Shown here one piece after another: positions 1 to 11,582 of a DNA stretch of 64,000 nt. A program made the translations under genes and the position numbers. The notes beneath the pieces are model-generated. The model saw only the letters and a list, made by a program, of their open reading frames with translations, ran no database searches and was not told the DNA's origin. The DNA comes from Carcharhinus amblyrhynchos (lineage: Eukaryota): positions 18,476,001 to 18,540,000 of the forward strand of contig OZ336871.1 of the NCBI GenBank assembly GCA_965287045.1. The letters are read 5' to 3'. Numbering within the stretch: the stretch's first letter is position 1; every line of letters starts with the position of its first letter.

Positions 1-254
1 GAAACAGAAACAGAATTTTCAAAAAATACTCAATGGCTCCAGTGAAGGGGAGAAAAACAGAGTTAATAGGCTGAATTTCATCAGGGATCCTGACCCTAGA
101 GTGTAAGGCAGGTCCTGAGTCTGCACATGTGGGCAATAGGACCTGCTCAGCAATTTTACCACAGGTGCTCCCCTAGTTGGCAAACTGTGGTTCATTGTCC
201 AATTAAGGATAGTGTGTAGCCTCTAAGTGCTGTTCAAATACAGGGCCAGCAGTA

Positions 255-556
255 GGGCCACAGCGGCACAGTGGTTAGCACTGCTGTCTCACAGCACCAG
301 GGACCTGGGTTCAAATCCAGCCCTGGGTCATTGCCTGTGCAGAGTTTGCATGTTCTCCCCATGTCTGCATGAGTTTCCTCTGGGTCTCCAGTTTCCTTCC
401 ACTGTCCAAAAGATGTGCCGGTTAGGTGCATTGGCCATGCTAAATTCTCCTTCAGTGTACCTCAACAGGCACTGGAGTGTGGCAACTGGGGGATTTTCAC
501 AGTAACTTCATTGCAGTGTTGATGTAAGCCTATTTGTGACACTAAATAAACTTTAG
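255..556 (+). mobile_element. V-SINE (HE1-like head and body) with 'tail B' (...ggggattttcacagtaacttcattgcagtg...taaataaacttt)
   Basis: tRNA-like head ggcacagtggttagcactgctg...gggttcaaatcc and central gagtttgcatgttctcccc block; related copies at ~16950-17218(-), 21555-21840(+), 27485-27925(+), 38262-38556(+), 60232-60495(+). Confidence 0.85.
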
Positions 557-1300
557 CTCTAAAGGCCCAGTAGCAGAAATGGGCAAGGGGGTCACTGCTG
601 AGGAATGTGGGAGAATGACAGTCTCCCAAAGCTACATTCAAGAAAAACTGAGATGCTCATGGGGGCTGGAGGCCGGGGAGGGGTCAGAGGGGAATCCCCC
701 CTGAATGGTCGACGGAGCCATAGTGCTATTGCCCTTGCCCAAAGACCCACCTTTGGACCATGAAGCTTTCTTGGCTGTGTTGAGGGTAGAATGGTGATTT
801 GGACTGACAGCAGCAACTGAACAACAGGTTGGGCAAGCTGTTTCCTATGCAGTGGCTACGCAAGTGGTATTTTCCACTAACAGCATGTTGCCATCTGCCC
901 AGAAAGTCCACCGAATACAGTACCGCAGCTAATCTGGGAATTTCATTGCACAACTGCAGGAATGCATGGCGTCAAAAATGTTTAAACTGAGATCTGTTCT
1001 ATCTCTTCCACAGGACTGGGCAAACATAACAGACCCCTTGCTATTTTTCAGAGAGCAGCACTCTCTGAAATTGAGCAAGAAAAATGTTCCACCCTCCTAG
1101 TTGGTTAATGATCTCAACCAGTGTCATCATTTCTTTATTTCACGTTTCTTACATTATGACATTGACATTTCAAAAGTACCTTGTTAGCTGTAAAGGACTT
1201 TGGAACGCTCTGCTGCAATGAAAGGCACAAGAAAAAGTCTCTTGTTCTTTCTGTTTCTAAGACCTCAATGCAAATAGATTGGCTACCTTATTTGCCTACG

Positions 1301-1603
1301 TAGAATCATAGAAACCCTACAGTGCAGAAAGAGGCCATTCGGCCCATCAAGCCTGCACCGACAACAATCCCACCCAGCCCCATCTCCATAACCCCGTATA
1401 TTTACCCTGCTAATCTCCCTGACGGTAAGGGACAATTTAGCACATCTTTGGACTGTGGGAGGAAACCATAGCACCTGGAGGAAACCCACACAGACACAGG
1501 GAGAATGTGCGAATTCCACACAGACAGTGACCCAACGCCAGAATTGAACTCAGGTCCCTGGCATTGTGAGGCAGCAGTGCTAACCACTGTGCCAGCATGC
1601 CGC
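1301..1603 (-). mobile_element. V-SINE (HE1-like) with CR1-type tail (...ctgcactgtagggtttctatgattcta)
   Basis: Same head and body as other copies, 3' tail shared with CR1 3' ends. Confidence 0.85.
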
Positions 1604-2149
1604 CTGTAATGAGGGGCCCCACCAAAAGTATTTGAGTGTTTGGAAGCACTTTAGGATTCAATGATAAGTTGAAGCTTTCTTCCCCCTGCTAAACAATTTT
1701 CAAGGATCATCTGGTGAAAACAATTGTATCTAGATTTGTGTAAAAGGTGAAAAATGTACCTCAGAATTGTAATTTGTGGATCAGTATCTTGATAAGGAAA
1801 GGCTAATGTCATACTTCTAATAAAATCAGTATTATGGTGCTTTGTCAATGGTTATCACTAGAGGGCACCAGGCTTCTGCATTTCAGACAGTGAGGTTTGG
1901 ACTTGTAGAAGCCACAACCATTTCATTGAAATATGAACCTGGATTATATTCTGAAGTCTTTGAACCGTTTTATTAAGAGGCAAGAGTGTTAAAGACACTG
2001 CTAATGCCCAACCTACGGAAGGCGTAGTTTCACATACTCCATCAGCGTTTGACCCCACAGAAATCATGGGCCATCTCTCCATTGCTGTTACAGCTATAAT
2101 TAACCTTCATCAACATTGGCATAGCAGCAGCACTCGTGCCACACCATCC

Positions 2150-2420
2150 AGGAGGAGGAAAACTTCCTTGTGAACTTGGTCCTGGGCCTGGCCTAACTTG
2201 CCATCAACAGGTCCAGGCAGCGGGTAACCAAGGGAGTCGTCTGGCCCGATTGCCTCTCTATTGCGGCTATATTCAGAGTTGGGCGTCTCTAGAGAGAGAG
2301 CACAGGGTCTCTGCCAGCACTGTCTCAGTCTTCCGTACCCAATAGGCACCGCAGGGACAGGGTTATATGTCAACCTCATTAATCACAATTCGATTTGATG
2401 TTTTAAGTTTCCTTTGCGAT
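2150..2420 (+). mobile_element. Tx1-clade LINE ORF2 C-terminal remnant
   Basis: Decayed frames read FLVNLVLGLA*LAINRSRQR..GVVWPDC / GYIQSWASLEREH.VS, resembling fish/shark Tx1 ORF2 ends. Confidence 0.6.
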
Positions 2421-2429
2421 TTGTTTATG

Positions 2430-3170
2430 TTGGATTAAATAAAGTTGACTCAGTTGACTCAGGAGGACATGGTTTCAAGTCCAACTCCAAAGACTGGAGC
2501 ACGATGCAGGCTGACATTCCAGTGCAGTACTGAAGGAACGCTGCACTGCCGATAGCACCATCTTTCAGATGAGATAGAATCATAGAACCCCTACAGTAGA
2601 GAGAGAGGCCACTCGGCCCATCGAGTCTGCACCAACCACAACCCCACCCAGGCCCTACCCCCATATCCTGACATATTTACCCACTAATCCCTCTAACCGA
2701 TGCAACTTAGGACACTAAGGGCAATTTTAGCATGGTCAATCAACCTAACCTGCACATCTTTGGAGGAAACCGGAGCACCCGGAGGAAACCCACGCAGATG
2801 CGAGGACACGAACGGACAGTGACCCAAGCCGGGAATCGAACCCAGGTCCCTGGAGCTGTGAAGCTGCAGTGCTAACCACTGTGCTACCGTGCCACCCCAG
2901 ACGTTAAAACCAAGATCCAATCTGCCTTTTCAGGGACCTCAACAACTATTCAGAGAAGAGCAGTGATGTAGTTCCAGTGTCCTGGTGATTACTTATCCCT
3001 TAGCCAACATCATTAAGCTAAGTTATCTGGTTGGTCACCTCATTGTTGTACTCCAGTTGGTTGCTGAATCTCCCTTCAGTAGTGACTAAGCTTCAAACGT
3101 GCTTCATTGGGAAGCAGTCCAGGATGGCCTGAGGCAGGGAAAGGCAATATCGGAATGTGAGTTCCTTATT
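2430..3170 (+). mobile_element. DeuSINE/SacSINE1-like SINE interrupted by a V-SINE
   Basis: Head ...gttgactcaggaggacatggtttcaagtccaactcc and Deu-like block agtgtcctgg...atccct...ccaacatcatt; split by the insertion at 2575-2897. Confidence 0.6.
2575..2897 (-). mobile_element. V-SINE (HE1-like), CR1 tail, nested in older SINE
   Basis: Plus strand begins tagaatcatagaaccctacag and ends gtgctaaccactgtgctaccgtgccaccc. Confidence 0.85.
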
Positions 3171-3959
3171 TGGTGCCTGTACTGAGAGTGAGCTGGAAAA
3201 CTTGAAAATCCCAGAGTCAGGAACATAGGAGACCAAGTACAGGATTTTATGGTCCCTTGTGCTGGTGGGATCCTCCTGTCCTGCCGAAGACAGTAGATTT
3301 TTGAATGGCTTGCTGCAATTCCTGGTCCTGCTCCCACCATGAGAGAGCTGTAAAATTCCACCCAGAGTGCGTCAGCAGGCGGGAAAGGTGGCACAGATCC
3401 CACTGGTTGGCGTGGTGGATTTCCACATTAGATTGCCTGCTTTTCACCTTATTATACATGGCACGGGACTTGAACAGACTGCACCATGTCGAAATTTCTT
3501 TGCAACACGTGCTGGTGGAGTTCCTAGCCCATGACAGAATGGCCACATGCTCCAGAGACTGCCATCCTTCCAAGAGTGAGGCCTTCATCACGCAAAATTG
3601 TGGCTAGTCACTCTGAGGTCAATGTCCTTCATTGGGATAATGAGTGTAGCCGAGAAGTTGTTCATGCTGAGGCTGCCTGGAGGCAGTGTGATGCCAGGTA
3701 CTGGTGAAAGAGGCCCCTATGAACCAGTCTTCATCATCCTAGAACTTTGTAAGTCTACGGATAGAGGATGTGTTGCTCACGTCACTGCTATGGACACCAA
3801 GGCGGCTCACTGAACTGAGATGATGTGAGACACCATAGATCTGAGGCACACTATGGGAGATAAGTGAAGGGGTGGGGTCACCTGTTACACTCGCATGACA
3901 TCAGAACATGGCATCAGGTAAAAAAGCCATTAACCAGTTGGGAATTTCTGATCAGCTGC

Positions 3960-4402
3960 ATCTGATCCATGCTATGGCCTCTTCCTCTGGGGCCTCAATA
4001 TCCTGTTCTTCATTGAGCTTATCCCTCTCAACATCCCCTTATTGGAGGAGTTGTGTAGCTTCTCCATCTGGATACTCAACCCTGCTTCGGAACACCAGGC
4101 TATGTAGAGTGCAGCAACCACAATGTCACAGGACATCTTTAGAGTGGGCATTAGAGAGTCCCATCCAACCATTACAGACATCTGAAATGCATCTTCAGGT
4201 TGCCAATGTTCTACTCAATCAAGGACCCTGTCATGGGATAAGCCTAAAGAACCCTAGGCATGCAAATGGGCATCATTAGCCATACGTTTTGGGGAAAGTC
4301 TTTGATGAGCTGACCCTGGATGTGCTGAGGGTCCCTAAAGTGCCATCTGTAAATGGCTCAAGGTTTGAGAATCATGCGAGCTAACAGGGCAACTCACACA
4401 GT
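3960..4402 (-). pseudogene. PIF/Harbinger transposase C-terminal relic
   Basis: Minus frames give CPVSSHDSQTL..., WLMMP..., LIE*NIGNLKMHFRCL, matching Harbinger PGSxHD / WLMTP / IExxIGxLKxRFRCL motifs; stops and frameshifts present. Confidence 0.7.
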
Positions 4403-4404
4403 AC

Positions 4405-5095
4405 TGCAAATTGTATTCGCTGCTCCCAATGTGGTTTCGTCTTCTCTGGAGTGACTAAACACAGACTAGGTGACCACTTTGCAGAACACCTCTCAGCCTG
4501 CAAGCATGACCCCAACCTTACTGTGGTTTGCCATTTCAACTCACCACCTTGCACTCATGCCCACATGTCCATCCTTAGCCTGCTGTAATATTCCAGGAAC
4601 CCCAACACAAACTGGAAGAACAACACCAAAACTTCCGATTCAGCACCTTCCAGCCTTTTGGATGCAGCATTGAGTTCAACAACTTTTGACTGTGAGCTCT
4701 CTGTTCCAACTTGACCCCTTTTTTTGTTTTTGATGTCTTAGTTCTTTGTAACCTCTCTCTCCCCAGTCTCCCTTCCACTGCCAGCACCACAAGGCCAGCT
4801 GTCACTTATTCTCCAGCTTTGCTTTCACCGAGCACTGATCTTTGTTCCCCAGCTAACTCACTTTGCTACCTTACTTTTATGCCATTACAGCACCTTCTTT
4901 TGTCCTTAATACTACATCAACACTCGCATTGTCTTGTGTCATGATACCTTTGTCTATCTCTTGTTAGCTCCAAACTATCATTGAACTTCCATTCTGCTCC
5001 ACCTTCTCCAACTACGTAATCATCACATTGTGATCCATCTTCCACTCTGTGGAAAAGTCACACGGACTTGCAGTGTTAACTCTGTTTCTCTCCTG
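4405..5095 (+). mobile_element. Penelope-like element 3' fragment (GIY-YIG endonuclease end plus UTR)
   Basis: CIRCSQCGFVFSGVTKHRLGDHFAEHL resembles the YIGET..RLGDRFAEH motif; pyrimidine-rich UTR ending gttaactctgtttctctc. Confidence 0.7.
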
Positions 5096-5287
5096 CACTA
5101 ATATCAAATGTAGAATGAAGGATGTTCTGTGCATATCTTCTGTATTGTAAATTATATTTAAATCGCAGGTTTGATTATTAAATCCATCGGTGCAATTGCT
5201 ATTGACGGGTGATTTGAGTCACTTCAGTTTGTACATTCAAACTGGGAACATGGCACTGTGCAACTACGGTACAAGGCCTGATCCCTC

Positions 5288-5520
5288 ATTGGTTGGCCAG
5301 CACATTGCTACGTCTCGTTGGTTACCATGGTAACAGAGTGAGTTCCAGATTCCTGAGATAAATCGCTGGTTTGGCTCCATCTCGCATGTCTTGTGCTGCT
5401 CCTGCAGGCTCCCCAAAGATAGCAAATAAGGCTATTTATAGTTCCACAAGTCCTGAATTTTGTCGGCAAGGATAAATGAGCCCGCCTACGACACCCAGAG
5501 CACATCAGCGTGCAGGTAAA
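5288..5520. promoter_or_regulatory. Candidate regulatory module: RFX X-box, MEF2 site, CCAAT
   Basis: Perfect palindrome GTTACCATGGTAAC at 5321-5334; CTATTTATAG at 5432-5441; ATTGG at 5288-5292; locally CpG-retaining, apparently non-repeat sequence. Confidence 0.4.
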
Positions 5521-6009
5521 ACACTTGTTCAGTCAGCTTTGTGCCTGCATTGCAAAGATCATCCTGGAGTCTCCAAGAATGACGGATTCTGACTGCAGGG
5601 TTTAAAGGTCACGGGGCGTGTACAAACATGGTCTTCTACCAGCCCATTTTGTCTGGACATCTTCGTTTATTAGGTTTAAAAATGGTGGAGATGGAAAAAC
5701 AAATAAAGGTTGCCTGACTGACGTTTAAGAGTAATCCAGTCAGATGCAGGCCCGTTTTCTGATTGGCCACAAGAAGGCAGTGTGCCATGTCAATGACTTG
5801 TTGGGCAGCCAATGATAGAAGAGTGGGGGTGGGACAGGTGGAACCTGGAGATCACGTGGTGATCATGTGGAGCTCATGTGTGTACAGAGATGTCAACACT
5901 GCCAGCTTGTCAGTGAAGCTTACAGAAAGATGACCAAGCCTTCCTTCATCTTTTTCTAAATAGATCCAGTGAGACTCATGCACATGACCCATTTGGGATG
6001 TGACATGTG

Positions 6010-6343
6010 TGATGGTGAGGCAATGGCATTGTCACTAGACCAGAGACCCAGGGTAATATTCTGGGACCCGTGTTCGAATCCCACCACAGCAGATGGTGAA
6101 ATCTGAATTTAATAAAAATCTGCAATTAAAATGATGACCATGAAACCATTGTTGTCCATCATAAAAAAATCCATCTGGTTCACTAATGTCCTTGAGGGAA
6201 GGAAATCTGCCAGCCTCACCTGGTCTGGCCTACATGTGACTCCAGACTCACAGCAAATTGGTTGACTCTTAAATATCCTCAGGGATGGGCAATAAATGCT
6301 GGACCAGCCAGCGACACACACATCCCTTGAACAAATAAAAAAA
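6010..6343 (+). mobile_element. tRNA-derived SINE (family C) sharing its 3' tail with an old CR1-like LINE
   Basis: gttcgaatcccacc box B, core ccatctggttcactaatgtcc...ggcctacatgtgactccag, tail gggatgggcaataaatgctgg...aaaaaa; other copies at ~8755-9515 (interrupted), 23080-23470(-), 26490-26830(+), 52955-53297(+). Confidence 0.75.
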
Positions 6344-6509
6344 GATGTAGTACGTTTGGGAATAACAGAGAACTTTGATTCTATGGTTTCCAGAGCTTTA
6401 GAGGATTTTATGCTTCACATTTCAGTCTGTCGTCGATTAACTGATGCTGATTGATGGCTAGAATCGCATTATCATTGCAAATTGTGGCTACCATGTTGGC
6501 AAAAGGCAA

Positions 6510-7192
6510 ACTAAATGGAGACAATGACTCAATCTGGAGTTTTTGGCTCCTGTTTTCTTTGGCTGAGTTTGGCAACGGGAGTGGAAAATCTCATGAAAGG
6601 CCCATGCTGATGTATAAACGTGACGCAATTGTCCCCGTCTGCGACGTAGCGGGATTCCCAACATTAATATAATTTCCATACATTAACTTCTCATTATCTG
6701 GCCTTCTATGCCTGAATCATCCTTTCTTACCCGTAAGAAAGCCCATTCACATCAGCATGAGGGCAGATTGCATGAATCACCACTGGCCTCCCGAGACGTG
6801 CACCTGGCAAGCAGACCTCCCAGAGGAGCTCAAGTGAACCATTCGGCGGGGGGAGAAGGTCATGCCCCCTGGCAGTGCCCCTTGGCTTTGCCCAGGCACT
6901 ACCAACCCCTCCCCCCCGCACTGCCAGGTGGGTTGCATGGAAGATGGGTGCGTGACAGAGTGGAGGGGTGTTCCTGGTTAACCTTCCTGCACTGGCCTCT
7001 AGAAATACCGTCCCATCTCCAAATAGCTAAGTTGATGGTGGGGCAGTGCCCGCCTCGCCAGTGTGATGTCATGGGACTGACCTTTGTCTTTTTTTCACTA
7101 ATGGGAAAAATGCAGCAGAGGAATCTGCTATTTGTGCCGATGGTGTCTTCCCACCTGCTTTTGGCCTTTGCCAAAATTCAGGAAAATTCCTC
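6510..7192. mobile_element. Harbinger-type non-autonomous element
   Basis: CpG-richer body ending ggaaaattcctctc, the TIR motif shared by the MITE family in this window. Confidence 0.45.
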
Positions 7193-7480
7193 TCTCTGTT
7201 ATTATGAATTGTGTTATAATAATTTCCCTGACACAAAACTGCCCACAATTTAATACAATCCAATTAAAATCTCATTTAGTGATCACAAGGAGTCATTGCT
7301 GGATATTCCCAAGGATAAATTTAACACAAGGTTCTGGCCAGTACAAGGAACCTTTATTTAGTGATTGGTGTTGTTCCATCATCTTCAGAACACTGTGTGA
7401 ACAATCTAGAGTATTCTGTTCCAAAGAATCGATGTTTTTCAGTTTGATGGGAAAAGAATTCCAGCCTCCCGGACTGCCTG

Positions 7481-8681
7481 GATTTTCCTACATCGCAACA
7501 GGTCCACAGCAGACAACATCTCCCTGGCCCTGCACTTAACCCTGGAACATCTAGGTAACAAAGGCACCTATTTATTGGCTACAGCTCAGCCTTCAACACC
7601 ATTAGTCCGACGAAACTCATCTCCAAACTCCGTGGCCTAGGCCTCGCCACCTCCCCATGGGGCTGGATCCTGAACTTCCGTACTCACAGACCACAATCAG
7701 TAAGGATAGGCAATCACACTTCCTCCACGATAATCCTCAACACCGGTGTCTCACAAGGCTGTGTTCTCAGCCCCCTACTATACTCCTTTTACACCTATGA
7801 CCATGTGGCCAAATTCCCCTCCAACTCGATTTTCAAGTTTGCTGATGACACTACCGTAGTGGGATGCATCTCAAACAATGATGAGACAGAGGACAGGAAT
7901 GAGATGGAGAATCTGGTGAACTGGGGCAGCAACAATAATCTCTCCCTCAATGGCAACAAAACGAGGGAGATTGTCTTCAATTTCAGGAAGCATAGAGGAG
8001 AACATGCCTCTGTCTATATCAATGGGGATGAAGTGGAAAGGGTCAAGAGCTTCAAGATTTTAGGTGCCCAGATCACTAACAACCTGTCCTGGTCCCCCCC
8101 ATCCTGGCACGATTGTTAAGAAAGCCCGCCAAAGCCTCTACTTTCTCAGAAGACTAAGGAACTTTGGTATCTCAACCACATCTCTCAGCAACTTTTACAG
8201 ATGCACCATAGAAAGCATTCTTTCTGGCTGTATTACAGCTTGGTATGGTTCCTGCTCTGCCCAAGACCGCAAGAAACTACAAAAGGTTGTGAATGCAGCC
8301 CAATCCATTATGCAAACCAGCCTCCCATCCATTGACTCTGTCTACACTTCTGGCTGCCTCGGAAAGCAGACAGTGTATTTAAGGACCCTACGTACCACGG
8401 ACATTCTTTCTTCTGCCTTCTTCCGTTGGGAAAAAGAAAAAGTCTGAGGTAACGTACCAACTAACTCAAGAACGGCTTCTTCCCTACTGCCGTCAGACTT
8501 TTGGATGGACCTACCTTGCATGAAGTTGATCTTTCTCTACACCCTAGCTATAACTGTAACACTATATTCTGCACTCTCTTGTTTCCTTCTCTATGAATGT
8601 CATGCTCTGTCTGTATAGAATGCAAGAAAGAATACTTTTGACTGTATGCCAATACACATGACAATAATAAATCAAATCAAA
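7481..8681 (+). mobile_element. Rex1/Babar-clade LINE, 5'-truncated (RT domain plus 3' UTR), frameshifted
   Basis: [61 protein letters not shown] motifs; ends caataataaatcaaatcaaa. Other tail pieces at ~8887-9280 and 27636-27795(-). Confidence 0.85.
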
Positions 8682-9641
8682 GAACACCCACAATTAATGG
8701 GAAAAGTAGGTCTTGTGAAATTTATCACAAAAAAAATTAAGAAGTTTAATCCCAGATATGGCAATGTAGTGGGTTCTGTTACTGGACTTGTAATTCAGAG
8801 GACGAAAGTTCAAATCAGTTTAAATTCATTTTTAAAATTTCCTGGGAATTAAATCGGTATTATCTATAAAATCACCATAATATTGTCAACAGACTTAGGA
8901 ACAGCTTCTTCCCTGCTGCCATCAGACTGTTGAATGGTCCTATCATACATTAAGCTGATCTTTCTCTTTACCCTATTGATAACTATAATACTATATTCTG
9001 CACCCTCTCCTTTCCTTCTCTCCTTTGTACTCTATGAATGGTATGTTTTGTCTGCAACAGCTTACAATATATTTCACTGTATTCTAATAGTGAAAAGTAT
9101 TTAATTTTCTTTGTTCTTTTGGTCCTTGGAAGGATATGAGGTTTTAGTTCAGTCGAGCAGCATGGTCGGTGCAGGCTTGGAGGGCCAAAGGGCCTGTTCC
9201 TGTTCTGCAATTTTCTTTTTTCTCTTTGCTCTTAATACATGTGACAATAATAAGTCAGTTCAATTCAATTCAATTCAAATGTCTAAATCATCAGGATGTC
9301 ACTTAGAGAGCAAAGCTTGCTCGGGTATGTCACGCATGTGACTCCAGTCTGACACCAATTTGGCTAACACTAAGATGGCCTGGTACCAAGCCATCCAGTA
9401 ATAATGCCATACCAACAGCAACAGATCAAAAAGGCCATCACTTTCTAGGCAACATCAAGAGATGGACAGTCAATGTCTGCTTTACAAGGGATGGCCAGGA
9501 ATGAATGAAAATGAGTTGACTTTTCCTGTAGCTAAAAATTTATGGGGCAATATCTCAACTTTCATACTGAAAAAAAATCCAAACTTTTTCCTTTGTTAAT
9601 CAGGATAAACAATCAAGGAGTTAAAATGCCGCTAAACTTAC

Positions 9642-9802
9642 CACCGTGACTCCATTGTTGAGCAGAGATTCTCCAAAAACAACGATGAACAATGCTTCAT
9701 TCACATGGACCTCTTCAAACACGGTCAACACAGCGACTGTGTCCACTGCGGCTATCACACTCCCAAACAGGAGGAATTCCAGGAGGCCGGCATTGAGATT
9801 CC
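9642..9802 (-). CDS. SLC9A3: NHE3-like coding exon 3 (transport core), carrying P>T and D>N motif substitutions
   Basis: Read by hand: acceptor ctcctcAG at 9804-9803, then (G)[53 protein letters not shown], donor GTAAGT at 9641-9636. 161 bp, phase 1/0, in frame with exon 2. Confidence 0.95.
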
Positions 9803-11279
9803 CTGAGGAGTCATTTTAAACCATAAACAAGGTTAGCTTCAGTTGCAAACTAGAATACCAACGACTCGCATTTATATAGTGCCTGGAATAAAACATCCAA
9901 GGCACATCTCAAGAGGGTCAGTTGACACCAAGCCATGTGTGTAAATATGGTTGTTCTAAAGGCTAGGTTTTAAGCATTGGCTTAAAAAGGGGAGGGAGTG
10001 AGGTGGAGAGGTCTACAGAGGGGATTCCAGAGAGTGGGGTCCAGGCAGCTGACGACATGATCAACTGCAGTGCAGCAAAGGAAATCAGAAATGCACAAGA
10101 GACCTGAATGAGAGGAATGGCGAACTCACGGAGAGTGGAAGAGCTTGAGGAATTTACAGAGATAGGGATGGGTAAGATCATGGAGGGACTAGAACAGCAG
10201 GATAAGAAATTTAAAATGAAGGAAAAGTGATCTCATACAAAGTGGTAACCTGTCACAAGTCCCTGACTGATCCCAGGGGTCCCTGTGTTCACACCTCACA
10301 GTGCAATTTCTATCTAAAGGGCCCAGGATGGCGGAAGAGACCATTTTAATTTTAATCTGGGACACAAGTGGTATGTGTGTGTCTGTCTGTATATGTCTGT
10401 ATGCACTTGTATATGTATGTGTGTCATTGACTCAGAGATATACAGCATAGAAATAAGTCCTTTGGCCTAACTTGTCCATGCCGACCAGGTTTCATAGCCG
10501 TGTGAATGAAGGACCCCAACTGTGCTGGCATCAAGCCCTGCAATGTCCTGTTACGATGAAAGGTGCTATATATTTATTTTTCTATCAGATGAGATGCAAA
10601 TTCCCCCCTTCCCCAAGTGGACGTAATAGATTTTGGGAATAGTTCTGCTTTTTCACATTTACACTGCTCTTGACACATACTTTATTTCCACATCTGTCCC
10701 ACTTTTTGCCTCGCACCATCATCTCTTTTGTCATTAATCTCTGCTGTCTTCCACCAGATCACAGATCTTCCCTTTTGTCCTTCCCCCCACACCCCACCCT
10801 CCCCCCTCCCCCCTCCCCAGAACCCCACCACCACTCTTGCCTCTGTGCTTGCTTCAAATCTGATATATTCCTAACTTCCTCCAGTCCTGGCGAGAGGTCA
10901 TTGACTGAAACCCTGGCTCCACACCTGCCATTCGGGCACTTGATGCGGCAACTCACTGGGGATGCTGGGAAAGGAAGCTCAGGGATTGGGAAGACATCTC
11001 AAAATGGAGGCATCTTCACTGGCCACCTCAGAATATGAAAATTGAAGACTGCCAAGCCAAAAGGGCCTATGGGATGAAGGGGATTTGATGCTGGCACATT
11101 TGGGATCCTTCACCCACACAGCTAATGATGGAACTCTGTTGGGTCATTGATGAAAAATCAAGTTTGCAAGATAGCAAATTAAGACTCCTCTGTGTCCCAG
11201 ATAGCCTCAGTTATGTATTTTACTCTGGTCTCACTTTTGTTGGATAGGATAAAGCTATGGCTTGGAGCTGTGCCCTTAC

Positions 11280-11582
11280 CCATAATACCCGTCCGGAAGA
11301 CACCATAGAGGCTCAGACCGGTTGTTACAGTATTCCAAATTGTTCCAATGATGGCGTACATGAGAATCGATCCCAGGTTCCTGAAGAACTGCTGGTTGGG
11401 CATGAAGTACCCGGCATCCAATACGATGGGTGGCAGGAGATAGAAGAAGAAGACGGTCGGCGTTAAGGTGAAGGAGGCAGTGTGATCAGCAGCCCAGACA
11501 ATTCCTCCCAGGATGAGGCCCAGCACGATCAACAGGACACTCTCTGGTACCACGGAGGTGACCTTTCCAGACAGGTGGAACA
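11280..11582 (-). CDS. SLC9A3: Na+/H+ exchanger 3 (NHE3)-like, internal coding exon 2
   Basis: Translates (V)[100 protein letters not shown](G), closely matching vertebrate NHE3. Acceptor ttttttAG at 11584-11583, donor G|GTAAG at 11279; 303 bp, phase 1/1. Confidence 0.95.

Noticed and set aside
227-505. Recurrent short ORFs such as AQWLALLPHSARD...GHCLCGVCTFS
   Set aside because: Translations of V-SINE copies, not a gene family.
6708-7253. 181-aa ORF
   Set aside because: Lies within a GC-rich non-autonomous DNA element; no protein motif.
11179-11279. C-terminal part of ORF 11179-11583 (KGTAPSH...TEES)
   Set aside because: Read-through past the GTAAG donor into intron 2; NHE3 homology stops at GIMG. 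The GTG start also overlaps the acceptor AG.
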